Assembly: GCA_964016885.1 (NCBI GenBank)
Contig: OZ024741.1
Coordinates: forward strand, 135,966,001-136,030,000
DNA length: 64,000 nucleotides
Source of the DNA: Eledone cirrhosa
Taxonomy: Eukaryota
Reading direction: 5' to 3'
A program made the translations under genes and the position numbers. Below the pieces are notes generated by a model. That model saw nothing but the letters and a program-made list of their open reading frames with translations, had not been told where the DNA came from and did no database searches. Numbering within the stretch: position 1 is the first letter of the stretch; the number at the start of each line of letters is the position of its first letter. Below are positions 22,987 through 37,757 of the stretch, piece after piece.

Positions 22987-24858
22987 AATAATATTAATAA
23001 AAGTTAATATTAATTGTGGAATTTTTCAGGGTGACTCTTATCACCGCTTTTATTCTGCATCGCACTTATACCATTAAGTAAAATGCTCAATGAAACAAAA
23101 CATGGATATAGAGTCTATGACAAAACCATTAATCACCTGTTCTACATGGATGACCTGAAACTATTTGCAAAAAATGATGAACAATTGCAAGGGCTATTAT
23201 CCACTGTGAAGCAGTTCAGTGATGACATTAAAATGGAGTTTGGACTGGATAAATGCGCCAAAGCAACGTTCACCAGAGGAAAGCTGCTGAAGAGTTCAGA
23301 CATTAATCTTGATCGGGGGAACGTGATAAGAGAGCTTGATCAAGAAAAAACTTACAAATATCTAGGTGTTTGTGAAGGAGACGGAATCAAGCACTCGACA
23401 ATGAGGGAAAGGATAAGGAAGGAATGTTACCGCAGAGTCAGAGCAATCTTAAGAACGGAATTGAATGCAAGGAATAGGATCGATGTCATAAACACGCTTG
23501 CCATACCAGTAGTAACCTACAGTTACAATGTCATCAACTGGTCAAGCACAGAGATCCGTAGGCTCGATACAAAAATCCGAAAATTCTTAACCATGCACAG
23601 AATGCATCACCCTAAGGCAGACATAGATAGAATATATCTCCCTAGGAAAGAAGGAGGACGTGGGTTAATCCAGTTAGACATTGCGTTGAAAACTGCAACA
23701 ATTGGATTATCCACATATCTAAGGGAATCACATGATTGGATGATCAAACTCGTTTTGAAACACGAAAGCACCAAAAGATCATATTCCATTACAAAAGATG
23801 CACAAAGATACAGTAATGGACTACAAATTTCAGAAGTCCCATTTACTGCTGAAATGGAAAACAGAGAAAAAGCAAAGCAGGTAAAAGTAACTGCAAAGAA
23901 AGAACTGCTACAGAAACTGGCTAAGAAATGGCGAGAAAAGCCTCTGTATGGAAAATACCCAGAGCGAGCTAACAATCCTGATGTTGACAAAACTTTAACC
24001 CATCAGTGGTTGGCATCCTCTGGACTGAAATCGGAGACTGAAGGACTGATTATATCGGCACAAGATCAGTGTCTGCCAACAAAAAATTACCAAGCCAACA
24101 TAATAAAAAATGGGTGCAGCCCATTATGCCGTGTATGCAAAAAACAACCAGAGACCATTGACCATATAATTTCAATGTGCAGTCCTATAGCTCCAACCGA
24201 ATACCTAAACAGGCATGACAGAGCTGCACAATACATACATTGGATAATGTGTAAGCATTTTGACCTGCCCCATCAAAAGAATTGGTGGGAGCATCAACCA
24301 CCTCCCATACTTGAAAAAGATCACATCTCAATCTTGTGGAACTTTAGCATCCAAACAGACCGAAAAATAGATGCAAATAGACCTGATATAATATTGAAGG
24401 ACTTTCAAAGGAGGGTATGCCTGCTAATTGATATGTCTGTTCCAATAGACAAGAATGTATCTATAAAAACATTTGAAAAATTGAGCAAGTATAAGGACCT
24501 GAAGATAGAAATTGGAAAAATGTGGAAATTGAGAACTAAAACAATACCAGTGGTTGTAGGCGCTCTGGGAATGATACCTAAGGGGTCTAACGACTACTTA
24601 TCGCAAATCCCAGGAAACCCGCGTATAGGAGAAATACAAAAGATAGTACTAATGGGAACTGCCCATATACTAAGGAAGATCCTGTCAATATAAGTACATC
24701 ACAAGTCTAAACACTAAGGATGCATGTGTGAATATGTATGTTCTTTCTTGAACATGGCGGACCTTGTTGTCTCTTGAGGTCACTGGTTGTGACTTGGTGA
24801 TAACTCGTATGAACATAAAGCAAGATAAATGCAAATAATAATAATAATAATAATAATA
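22987..24858 (+). mobile_element. 5'-truncated R4/Dong-clade non-LTR retrotransposon (RT + restriction-like endonuclease), copy 1
   Basis: GIFQGD (1-nt frameshift before SP), YMDD, CRVC..ETIDHIISMC, RHD, RPD..D..KYKDL. ORF ends at 24693; (TAA)n tail 24834..24858. Confidence 0.92.
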
Positions 24859-26346
24859 GAGTGAGAAGGAGCTGAATGTGCTTGTTGACACTGTCCGTAT
24901 TTTCAGCAATGATATATGTATGCAATTTGGTATTAGTAAGTGTGGAGTCCTTGTGATGAAGAGAGGTAAATTGAGCAGAAGCAACGGAATTCAGGTACCA
25001 TCAGGTGAGATGATAAAGAAAATTGACACTGAAGAAGGATAGAAGTATTTGGGTGTTCTGGAGGCTGATGACATCAAGAACAAAAAAATGAAGGAATTGA
25101 TAAGATCTGAATACATTCGGAGAGTAAGGAGCGTATTAAAATCACATCTGAACAGTAGGAATGCCATAAGTGCAATAAATTCCCGAGATGTGTCTATTAT
25201 TAGGTACAGTGCGGGAATTCTGAGATGGAATGTTGCTGAACACAAAGAAATAGATAGGAAGACTAGGAAGCTATTGACTATCTACAACATGTTCCAAAAG
25301 AGGAGTGATGTCGATAGACTCTACTTAAGGAGATCTGAAGGTGGAAGAGGTCTTATCAGCATAGAGGACTGTGTTCAGATGGAGAATAACAACCTACACA
25401 AATACGCGACTGATAGTAAGGAGCCAATGCTCAGAATTGTACTGAGGGAGAGGACAATAGACCAGGGGATGTCCAAGGAGGAAATAACAACAAGGAGAAA
25501 GAGCAGCCTTCATGAACAATCCCTTTATATTACCTTCTTTCAGAAAACTGAATTCAGAGATCCACAGACATGGAACTGGTTGAAAAGAGGAGACCTTAAA
25601 AAGGCTACAGAAGGAATGCTAATGGCTGCGCAAGAGCACACCCTCAAAACGAAGTGGTTGAAACACCATATTTACAAGGAGGAGGCTAGCCCACTGTGCT
25701 GGATCTGTGGAGAGAGAGAGGAGACTGTGGCTCACATTGTATCCGAGTGTAAACACCTAGCCCAGACTCACTATAATGGCTGGAGACATGATGTGATGGG
25801 CAGGGTGATCCACTGGCACCTATGCAAAGTAAACAATTTACCACATTCTGAGAAGTGGTATGAGCATAAGCCAGAGTCGGTGATAGAAAACGATCAGGTG
25901 AAGGTGCTGTGGGATTTTAGGATACAGACGGACAAGAAACTGGAACACAATAGACCTGACCTGGTGGTTTTAGACAAGGAAATATTATCGTGCCTGATTG
26001 TGGATGTGGCCTGCCCATTCGACACGAGAGTGCAAGAGAAGGAGAGGGAGAAAATTAACCGATACCAGGACTTAAAGTGGGAGGTAAAAAGCATTTGGAA
26101 CTGCCATGAAGTGAAAGTGGTCCCGATTGTCATAGGCGCACTAGGTACTATCTCAAAAAGTTTCCAGGGATGGTTAAAGAAAATTAGCCCCGCCGCGCTT
26201 TTTGGAACGCTTCAAAAGGCATGCTTGCTGGGAACAGCAAGAACCCTCCGATACGTCCTGAATATCTGAGACTGCAGGTACTGGCTTGATATTCATTTCA
26301 ACAAACTTTCCAGTTAACTAACATCAATGACTGAGACTCAAAGAAC

Positions 26347-26387
<41 letters not shown>
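24859..26387 (+). mobile_element. 5'-truncated R4/Dong-clade element, copy 2 (different family)
   Basis: Starts mid-RT (SEKELNVLVDTVRIFSNDI), in-frame TAG near 25040, CWIC..ETVAHIVSEC, RHD, RPD..DVACP..RYQDL. Stop at 26269; (ATA)n tail. Confidence 0.92.
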
Positions 26388-26389
<2 letters not shown>

Positions 26390-26704
26390 GAAGAAGAAGA
26401 TGATGAAGCGAAGTGCAGTATATTTACATGTGAATATGTAGTAACAGGTACAACAACAACAACCAATATAAACTGTCATAAAAGAAGACAAAGTCATAAA
26501 TATGAAATACATTGTAAATATTAACACGGGTAAATGAGGGAGAAAGGGCCATTTGGTTGTGGTGTTTCTTTATTAACCATGTAATTCTGAGTTCAGAGAC
26601 GCTGGGTCGTGGCACCACAGGTAGGTCTCTTGTGATATAGCCCCCTCTAGAAGAAGTAACTATCCGAAATCACCGGGGTCGCGGTGGATCCTCTATTTTC
26701 ACTA

Positions 26705-27010
26705 ATAGTAGTGGCAATCCGTCGGGTACGACGACGAATATTCCTGTTGATACGATCAACAGAACAGCCTGCTTGTGAAATTAACCTGCAAATGGCTAAG
26801 AATTCCACAAACATATGTACCTTTAACGTAGTTCTCAGGGAGATTCAACGTGAAACAAAATGGGACCTTCGAATGATAGGTACAACTCAATTTGCCAGCT
26901 GAGTGACTGGAGCAATGTGAAATAAAATATCTTGTCTAAGGAGCGAACGTGCCGCGGGAAATCGAACTCGTGAGCCGAATACCCTAACCACAAAGCCACG
27001 CGCCTTCACT
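26705..27010 (-). mobile_element. tRNA-derived SINE (family also at about 32210..32530 + and 55473..55715 +)
   Basis: Minus strand has a tRNA-like head ggcgcgtggctttgtggttagggt and body tgaatctccctgagaactacgttaaaggtac, shared with the other copies. Confidence 0.7.
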
Positions 27011-27198
27011 AATACACATACTCTACATCCTACGATGTATCGAGTACTTCTTTGATTTGTGGTCTTTCCAAGTGTGGAGAGAATATGAGAGAAGGTGATA
27101 TATATGAATAATCGATCATTTTATTAATATTTTACTTGATTTTTTGACCTCGAAAAGACGAAAGGCAGGATTTGAACACATAACAGTGGAATGAATAA

Positions 27199-27242
<44 letters not shown>

Positions 27243-27339
27243 TATATATATCATACACATATATCATATACATATATTATATACACACACAAATATGCTG
27301 TATATATGTATACACACACACACACATATATATATATAG

Positions 27340-27377
<38 letters not shown>

Positions 27378-27916
27378 TTACGTTCTTGCCTATGTGGTTC
27401 GACGAAAGGAGATCGAGAAGATAGGTAGTACACATCAGAAATTCACTAGTAGAGTCGATATGATCAACTAAATCAATGTCATGCCCCAGCATGGTCGCAA
27501 TCTAATGATTAAAACGAGTAAAAGAATCAAAGAAAGAAAAGATTTTTAAATGTTAACACGAGAAAACCATCAAGCTTCCCTCTATATAGCAATACAATTA
27601 TTCAATATACATTTCCTCGTGAACATAACAGAATAACTGGGTGTGAATGACAAGGGAGAGGGGTAAAAAAGAGAAAAGTAATGTGCAAATGAGGTAATAT
27701 AGTTCTCAAAACATCATTGCCCTCTCGTTGTATTTAACATTACCAGGACCGCCTACCACCATCATCTATCATCCCAAGCATCATCAATATCATCTCTATC
27801 ATGATATTCACCGCAACTATCACAATAAATACACACACACACATATATATTTATACATATGTATAAATATGTATGTATAGATACATACATATATATAAAT
27901 ATATATGTGTGTGTAG

Positions 27917-27974
<58 letters not shown>

Positions 27975-27978
<4 letters not shown>

Positions 27979-28092
27979 ATAATAATAAATTTGAAGACTA
28001 AAATCCAAAGAGGGCTCAATAAGTTTGTTTCAGAAGATCCCGTTAAAGGTGAAAGCAGCGATTCTTTGCTTAAACTTTAATCTGTTATTTTA

Positions 28093-28100
<8 letters not shown>
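27975..28100. mobile_element. minimal two-ended insertion, family A
   Basis: A 44-nt tail end (minus) is joined head-to-head to a hammerhead-containing end (plus), inside (TA)n. Confidence 0.75.
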
Positions 28101-28146
<46 letters not shown>

Positions 28147-28292
28147 GCAGTATCACTGTGACAGCTTTAAGAATAACTGGGGTGTCTATGAAAGTATATA
28201 ATATGTTTATTTTACGTAAACATATAGTATATATTTCTATATACGTCCCTATTATGTATGTACACACACACATTTAGACACACGCGCATATA

Positions 28293-28760
<468 letters not shown>

Positions 28761-29284
28761 ATATATATATATATATATATTGTTATACTTTGGGAGGGTC
28801 ATGTTGCCAATAATTGATGAAGCACTCGAATATATATACGATTATATATTTACGATTTCAAATAAATTAAACCGTTCTAGTTTTGCAGAAATGATTTCTA
28901 TCCGAAATTAATATGTACCGTCCGTTCCACCAGTATTTAGTCCCGGTGCACTGATATCTCGAACCAAATACGTCAAATATTATAGCTAACCTCGTATCGA
29001 TTATACCAACTTAGTGCCCTTAATTGTGTATTACGATATAAATAATGAATAATTTTTATTTTTATGCGGAATATAAATCTTAGTTAAGATGAAGCGGAGA
29101 CTTGTACCGATTGCTTGCAAAGGTGTTAGTATTCTGTTAAAGTTTCTCAAGAGCCAATTGATGGTCTTAACCAATTGGTACCAAACTGCCTGAAAACGTA
29201 CCTCGGTATTTGATGAGAAATTATTTATTCTAATGTGTTTACTTCTATCTAAAATCATTCCATCAAAATTTCATGCCAGAACCC

Positions 29285-29472
29285 GTAGATTGGCAGTATC
29301 GGTAGAGGTCGGATGCCATGCTTTACAGCATAGAGTTACGCTCCTTTACGGTCTGAGTTCAAATCCTGCTGAGATTAAATTTATTTTTTATCCTTACAAG
29401 TTCAATAAAATAAAGTACCAGTAATGCACTGGGGTAATTGCTGGCTTTGTGACAAAAGTAGAAACAATTATA
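29285..29472 (+). mobile_element. Nin-type tRNA SINE
   Basis: Same sequence family as the 46-47 kb array units. Confidence 0.8.
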
Positions 29473-30058
29473 TTACACTTGAAACATCATATTGATAGCG
29501 CTAAATTTTGTTGCATTACTTAATCTCACTAAATTCTTGATTATTTTCAAACCTATTTGAAAATCATAGGCCGTGGTTTTCGTTATAAATTTGGTAATGA
29601 ACATATTAAATCTGGAGTTGAATTAGTTCTATCCCCAGTGTCAGAGCCAGGACCCGCCACAACGACAGGTCTCCAAATTTTACTCAAAGCCAACATTCCG
29701 TGTAATTTACTCCTGCCACTGAGTAGAATGTTTGATGCTTTGAGCAAAACTATTTTAAATTCAATGTTACAGCGCAGCAAGATATCTAAGCTGCTACGTG
29801 GCAACCGTTTCGTCACAAATACAAGGGTTGCAGTACTCGCGCAGCTTAGAAGGAACTTTGTGACGCATCTTTGTTTGATGCTGATTTCTGACAGAAGACA
29901 CGTATTCTTCATTCTTATTTAATTCATTATCAATTATTATCTCTATTACATCAATCAACCATGTTTAATCCCAGTGCGCTAAAAGGAATTCTGTAATAGT
30001 GCACGCGAGGTCAGAATTTAAATCAATTAATGATTTTTAATACGGAAGCTTTCAGCAT

Positions 30059-30149
30059 GAAAAGAAAACAAAAGAAAACAAAAGAAAACAAAAGAAAACA
30101 AAAGAAAACAAAAGAAAACAAAAGAAAACAAAAGAAAACAAAAAAAAAC
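30059..30149. repeat. (GAAAACAAAA)n decamer minisatellite
   Basis: About 8-9 tandem units seen directly. Confidence 0.95.
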
Positions 30150-30517
30150 AGTTGAATCTGGTTACATAACATCGATTACGTTACTCCACTACGATCGACT
30201 GTTCCATAAAATAAGAAGGAAGAATTGATGCAATTATAAATATATTTGCAATGTAGATGTTTACTAATGACAGATTGTAACACCTCAGTACTTTTTTGTC
30301 TAGTTGCGTGGCTACGGATTTCGCTTTGCAAATTTGTGGTCATGAACCCTGCTCATCTTCACTGCAACGTGAGCAAGTCTTTTCTATAATAGATTTGGGT
30401 TGGGCAATACATTGCACGTGGAACTTTACTCCTTTACCTGTTCCAGCCATCCGGCTGAAGCCATGCCGCAGAAAATTGTCATATATACACGCACACACAC
30501 ACGCACACACACACGCG

Positions 30518-30548
<31 letters not shown>

Positions 30549-30549
30549 A

Positions 30550-30628
<79 letters not shown>

Positions 30629-32740
30629 GTATGCGTATGTGTGTGTGTGTATGTGTGTGCATGTGTGTATGATTGGGTGCGTGTATGTGTGTGTGTATGT
30701 ATGTGTACATATGTATACCCCGCAAATTAGGGCTTCAACAAAAAGAGATCGATGAAAATAAGAACCAGACATGAAATAAAAGAGGAGTAGGAACGATACG
30801 TGTGACAAAAGGATAGGAGTGTACTGGCATAGCCACGGTCTTATCATAGAAAACACTAAAAGAATATATTCTTTGACATGTCATTTATATTTCTGTTAAC
30901 ATATAACTCAAACAATTCATTGACATATTCCGGTGTTGTTCACGTCTCCCTCATTTTCCTCCGGGAAACACCTTCTCTATTCTGTCTGCCGAGGCCATGG
31001 GGCGACCAGCGCATGTGCCCACCCCCATTTTCTCGTAATAGTGAGAGATGGGCAGAGCAGGAGAGACAAATCAGTGACAGTGGGAGTTTGGTTCCTTTGT
31101 GTTCAGACCTGGTGTTTATTCACAGACACACACTCTTTCCTACCAAGTAAACGTAATACAGCAAAGTCTAAGACTTCTTTCCGGTAGACTAATTCACGGG
31201 TTAGCGAGCTTTCAGTGTTCGTTATTTAGTAAGTGAGGAACTGGAATACAATGGACATCCATCGGTTCCTTATATTTGATCAATGGAAGAAAATCCTCGT
31301 AAAACTAATATGTAAGGAGCTAAACAGAGTTCTCGTGGAAATCCAGCATGACACAATCTATGACATGGTCGGCCTTTTGAATTATGGACACAGTCTATTA
31401 TTTACTCTAGTGTAAGTGTTGAAGCATTCCATAGACATGCACACCCTTAACATGATTCAGAGTGATACAATGCATGATAAGGCTGGCCTTTTGAAATTCA
31501 GGTACAGTCCATCCAACGGACTTCTAAACATTTTCCTTATACCCAATTTCACTAACAAGACTTAGGTTATCTCTTTGTTATGGTAAACGGTACCATGCGA
31601 TGGTTTCGAAACTAAGATGTTATTATTTCATCATACACTTTCTAAGCATTCGACCATGTTGCATCTAAAATCGAAGAACTAGCAAGCAACAAATCATCTA
31701 TGCGGTTGCTTCCCCGGTTATAAAAATAAAATCTCTCTGGAATTAAACGCCTCCACGAAATGAGTCTATATTGAACTTATAGTCTCAGATATGTAAAAAT
31801 AAAATCGGTTGGATTGCCGCAGCTAGAACATCATTGATAATAGATTTGTTTAATCGGGTCAGACTCGAGTTAAACAACAACAACAACAACAACAACTATG
31901 TGTGAATCATGGCGTTTAAACATCGCTAGATTTAGTTAACTAAAAGCCTGAATCTAAACTAATACTGTTAATCAAACTTTCATATAATCAATAATGGGAG
32001 GTTTGAATGCAATTAAATGAAAGTTTTTATTCAATTTCATGCACAGTTAGCATTACTCGATGAACTCACTGATGCCTTGAGTACGCTTGGGAATTAAGAA
32101 ACACCAAACAAATAAAATTCAGTGGAAACAGTATACAAAATCTTACGTTTTCACCATTGACATTAAATGGCATATGTGTGTGTATCTACCTCTGTGTGTG
32201 TGTACATATAGTGAAGGTATGTGTCGTATTGGTTAGGCATTCGACTGACGATCGCTTGTGTTGTGAGTTTAATTCACGGCAATGCGCTGTGTTCTTAACC
32301 AAGACACTTTATTTAATGGTGCTCAACTCTACTGTTATTCAATTATCTTTCTTTCTTTGACATACAACGTGTTACCTTGTATATTCCTGAGATTTATGTT
32401 AAGGGTACACGTATCTGTTCAATGTCCAGCCACTTGAATGTTAACTTCATGGGCAACTTTGATCTTTTGATAATATTATTTGGAATATTCGGTATGCCAC
32501 GCAGAATTTTTACTAACGACTCCATTGTATCTTTTCCATCGCTATTGCCTAATATACCTAATTTCGACTATTTTAAGAAACTTTGTAGCAGCGTTGTAGC
32601 AGATTACAATAACCTAATACACACACGCATACACACATATATATATATAAACATATATTCATATATATATATATAGAGAGAGAGGAGGGAGATAGATAGG
32701 TAGATATGTATAGATATATATGTATATGCATGTGTATATA

Positions 32741-32777
<37 letters not shown>

Positions 32778-32829
32778 TGTTTTTTTTAATATATATATAT
32801 ATGTATGCGAGCGCGTGTGTGTGTGTATG

Positions 32830-32873
<44 letters not shown>

Positions 32874-32874
<1 letters not shown>

Positions 32875-33056
32875 TATTGAATTTTAATCCTGCAAAATAC
32901 TACATATATTTCGATGACTCAGCTTTATCATCCGATCATGATACAAGACTTAAGCGATTTCATCAGGTGTTCATTGCAGAATAATTTCCATAAGATAACA
33001 GAATTGCGACGAAGGTAAACAGAGAATAGAAAATAGAAAATAGAGGACTGATTCGA
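32874..33056 (-). mobile_element. Penelope-pLTR-type end with hammerhead remnant (32891..32978); diverged inverted relative at about 34230..34380 (+)
   Basis: Minus strand reads aacac-CTGATGA...catc-GAAA-tatatg-TA-gtatt and ends at (TA)n. The plus copy has aacacCTGATGA at 34306..34317 but lacks the GAAA box. Confidence 0.6.
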
Positions 33057-33629
33057 TGGAGGGATAATCTCACCTTAATTCAATTAACTTCATTTGATTG
33101 CATCCTATATATAGTAGTTCCATATATAATTAATATAATATTCAGTAAATCCTCTTTTCAATAATAACTACAGATTTACTTTAATATTAGTACTTCCTTC
33201 ATATATGCGCCTACGTTTTTCTACCTAAGTATCGCTACATGTACTCTCTACCATATACTTTACCACGTCATGGAAGCAAATAAGAATATAAAACTCTACC
33301 TATCTATCATCATATCATTTACGTTGTTATTGTGAGCATTGTGTGGTGTGCGTTGAGCCATCAACCGACAACGTGTGGTTCTCTGAATGACGCACAGATC
33401 GGACAAATTTTGTTTATATACATAGAGTGTTTGGAAGCGATTTATTGATTAGTTTTCTGTTCTTTCCTTATTTGAATATACTCGGTTACTAGTCACCTAT
33501 ATACTTTTTACATTTTGCTGAGATGAGGAGGACTACATGTCGAACAATGTTGCACTACACCACATCTTCGTCCACAATATAAACGCATATATATATATAT
33601 ATATACACACATATATATATATACGCATG

Positions 33630-33677
<48 letters not shown>

Positions 33678-35642
33678 GCATGAAATACTACCATTTATCA
33701 TTCAATATTTTATTCGAGAATATTTGCCATTAGGATAAAAATTACCTGCATTTGCTTTAAACTTCGTAATTCACTTTCTTAATTTATTTAACATAAATTT
33801 CGCATATAATGTTTATAAATTTTTGCACTCTTTATAATTTTTGTAAATTTTTTTTTTTATCTTATAATTTTTATAATTCTTGCAACCTTATAATCTTTAT
33901 AATTTGTTATACCTGTTTATAACTTTATTCTTGTTTTTTTTTAAAATTATTTTTCTATAGCAATTTAACTCTTTAAGTCTCAACCGTCACACTAAGCTGG
34001 TTTTCAGCTAATGTCTAATGGCACAGAGTTTAATAACCTATCACCTCTGTGGCAGTGATTCCTTGGTTGTGATTGATTAATGACCTTTTCTGAGGATAGC
34101 AGTAATCCTGTCGCCACATGGCGGCCTCCCTCATGTTGCACCTGCCAACCCTCAATGCTTAACGTTAATTGATTGTGCGACATTCGGAGATGTAACACGG
34201 AAGTATCAGACCATCCCCAAATAGAAGCACCCTCTATTTTTTATGTTCTACTCTCTGTTTGTCTTCGTCGTAATCCTGTTGTCTTATGGAAATAATTTTG
34301 CAATTAACACCTGATGACATCGCCTAATCTTGCATCATTATCGGATATATAGTGCTTTCGAAGAATTAAAATTCTAAAGTAAATTTCCAGCCCGATCTGC
34401 TATTGTTTTTAATGAATACGTAATTCCTTTCATGCAGCAGGTATGGGACCCCACATCTACGAAGGATGATTTGCATAACATTGAATAGTTCAATTTATTG
34501 TATCATCGTTTACTAACCAGAATCATCAGCTCTACCCATTGGTCAATAACCTATCATTAATGGCATATATATATATATATATATATATGACCGTCTTAGC
34601 AGTACATGACTGGTACTTTATTTCATCAGCCCCAGAAAGATGGAATGCAGAGTTGACCTCAGTGAGAATTAAACTCAGGAACTACAGAGAGGGAAGAAGC
34701 CCTACAATATATAGAGCGTCACTCAGCCGGTTCTTTTATTGGACTGTCGTCGTTTTAGATCTAATAATAAGTAGGTTTAGTAAACAGTGTTTAACTATAA
34801 TTAGAACTAACGATGCTGTTCATGAATCGATTATTAAATAGCTTTAATTTGAAATAGATGGTTAACTTAGACAATTAGTCCCTAATGTGCCATACGAAAT
34901 TATCCTCTGCAGTAAAATTATCACTTAAGGAAATTAATCCTAAAAATGCCTGATCGATTGCTATCAAATTCGGCAAATTACAAATTCATCTGTAAAATAT
35001 ATTAAGTGTGGAGGTGTGAGGATGGTACATTGCCAGTGACTGACAGTGAGCTAATGTCATTGAACTCTATATGCTATGCACATTTGAAACACTCAAAGAA
35101 TCTCATTTTCAAAACTAATCTATTTCTACTAAAGTTGTGGAAATCATTTACAATCTCTGACAAGAAAATATGATGCTATTTCTTCCACTGCAATCGCATC
35201 TTAAGGAGATTCTGATCAGAAGTAGAGCCTCAAAACATTGTCATACATGTGATACTTGATACATGTGATACTTGATACTTGATATATATATAGTGTTATA
35301 CTTTGGGAGGGGCATGTTGCCAAGTGCCAATATATATATATATGTATTGATATATTTGGGGAGGGTCATATTATTTTAATATTGCCAGAAATAATAATAA
35401 AACACACTCACTGTTTATATATATATGATGCAGTAGTAAAATCAGTTGAGCTTTGAATTGTTCGTTAAATTCTGTTGATGGTTTTCCTCGAATAAACAAC
35501 AACAAAATTAATGTTTAACCATCTCCAACCATTTTACTACAAGCCTACTTCTATAACAGTTTAATTGTTATTCTTTAATTATTCTCAATAATGAAACTGG
35601 AGAAAAGTAGAGAAGTTGATAAATATCGTCTCAAACGATAGC

Positions 35643-35711
<69 letters not shown>

Positions 35712-36335
35712 TATATGTATATATATATATACTTAAGGAGGTAAATATTGATGCAATTCCATTCAAGCACTCAACGTACTTTTTCCACATAGGAGTGACG
35801 GAGTATATATCGAATAAGAAAAAGCGAAGTAGTTTCAGATGTTAAAGTCCTTTAATGATAATGCTGTGATACATAATTCAATGACGACAGTGGCCACACG
35901 CTTCGGTGTGCCGGGTGTTGTGACATCATCAGACAGATTCTTACATAATAAGGTTATGTTTCCGAGGCAATCCAAATTGAATCGACATAGGAACGAACGA
36001 AGCGTGTGCTCTTGAATTCTTCGCCCGTTCCCCTGTGAGTTCCAATTCACCCCACCGGTCTGCGCAGACGCAAGTTGCCCATCAGCTTCCCCAAAGTTCT
36101 CTCGAAATTCGCCTAGGCAGGCCCCCTCTCAACCAAACAATCACCCCATCCAGGTCTATAATATGACACGGTTATAGTTTACAGCTAGTGGGAGAGTATG
36201 AGTTTCAATAGGTCTCAATACTACCCCCAAATTAAGCATGGACAGTAGAATTGACCACGACCCGCTAACAGAATATATACTTATTTCTAGGTATTATGGT
36301 TTCACAGTGGAAATTATGATTGAGAATTAGAAATT

Positions 36336-36441
36336 AAAATAAAAAATAAAAAATAAAAAATAAAAAATAAAAAATAAAAAATAAAAAATAAAAAATAAAA
36401 AATAAAAAATAAAAAATAAAAAATAAAAAATAAATAAAAAA
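36336..36441. repeat. (AAAAAT)n/(AAAAAAT)n A-rich microsatellite
   Basis: Seen directly. Confidence 0.9.
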
Positions 36442-36899
36442 ATTACAAGTTAAAATCTTGATTGAAGTAAGTAAAAAAAAAATGTACATATAATAACTAA
36501 TAAATAGGGAGATGTTTAAATTATAGTAAGAAGTTATGAAAGGGGATCAATATTACAGATATATTTTCCTTATATTGAACGATGGTAAATTACGTAGAAG
36601 TTAGGCAAATACATAGTTAATATCTCTATCACATGAATCAAAACAAAAAATACAAAATATAAAATACAAAAAATACAAAAAATACATAGATGCAAAATGA
36701 GATAGGAGATATATATGTAAAATGAGATATAAGATATATATGAGAAACATATACGAGGAAGGTAAACTATGGAAATGAGAGTATAAGTGGATAAGATGAT
36801 TGTCGACTTTGTCCATTTAAAGTGCATATAAATATATATATAGGTGCTATAAGGTATGGATGCAATGGACATTATCAGACTGCATTACGAAGTTACATA

Positions 36900-36936
<37 letters not shown>

Positions 36937-37046
36937 AGAAAGTGAGTTTTTTTTTACAAAATGAAAAATAACCGAGGTGTCCTACACGAGTGAAAGTATA
37001 AAGAAAAACAGATGAAATCGAAAATGCAACTGGAGTCTTATTTAAA

Positions 37047-37078
<32 letters not shown>

Positions 37079-37114
37079 GTCTATACATATATATATATAT
37101 TATGTATGTGCGTG

Positions 37115-37757
37115 TTTGACAAACGGTAACCGACTGATACATGCAAAGCGCTTGTTGAGGAAGTTGAAATACCAAGAGCCTGGAATGCTTTGGTATTACT
37201 TTGGCGAGAATAACCTTTATCACAGCAAAGAGCCAGCCGAAGGATTGAAAGATGGTTAAGGAGAGACGCTAAAGACTTTCCAACGGTCATGCACACAGGG
37301 CTTCCGGCAACTGAAATGGTTCTTGGAATCGTGAGCAATGAGGGATATGTCATGACTTCTCACTTCTTTCTTCAGGGCTTACGGTTCAATGCTGCTAACT
37401 ATAAGGTGTTGGAGAGGGTTGTGAGGCCTTGGATAGAGAGCATGAGCAAAGGAAGAATTGTGCACCGTCTCATAAGGCCAAGGTGATTCAGGAATGGATG
37501 AGTTACAATCTCCACAATCACGTCATCCCAATCATATGGACCCCTAGATCTCTAGACCTGAATTAATTGGACTACTAGGTTTGGGCGTAGTCGATAGGGA
37601 ACTTAATGAAGGCCACCATAACAATACAAAATCTCTGAAGTCTGTCATGACCAGCACAATATCTAGAATAGATACTCTTCATCTGATTCGGAGATGTCAA
37701 TATTTCAGACCTCGTATTGAAGCAATCATCGATACTAATGGTAGATTCATTAAATAG
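37115..37757 (+). pseudogene. degenerate Tc1/mariner-superfamily transposase (maT/DD37D-like), C-terminal half
   Basis: MHTGLPATEMVLGIVSNEG..HFFLQGLRFNAA..VVRPW..APSHKAK..WTPRSLDLN*LDY..FRPRIEAIIDTNGRFIK*, with the WPxxSPDLNPLDY motif decayed. Confidence 0.85.

Noticed and set aside
29557-29922. Unique-looking stretch open on both strands (121 and 109 aa); possible host exon after catag at about 29569
   Set aside because: No recognisable domain and weak splice signals; it needs RNA-seq or a homology search.
30921-31160. Possible solo LTR (TG...CA and AATAAA on the minus strand)
   Set aside because: Single copy with no clear target-site duplication or internal sequence.
35825-35940. Minus-strand CTGATGA near a (TA)n-flanked end, a possible hammerhead
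   Set aside because: I could not close stems I and III around any downstream GAAA; probably a pLTR relic but unsupported.
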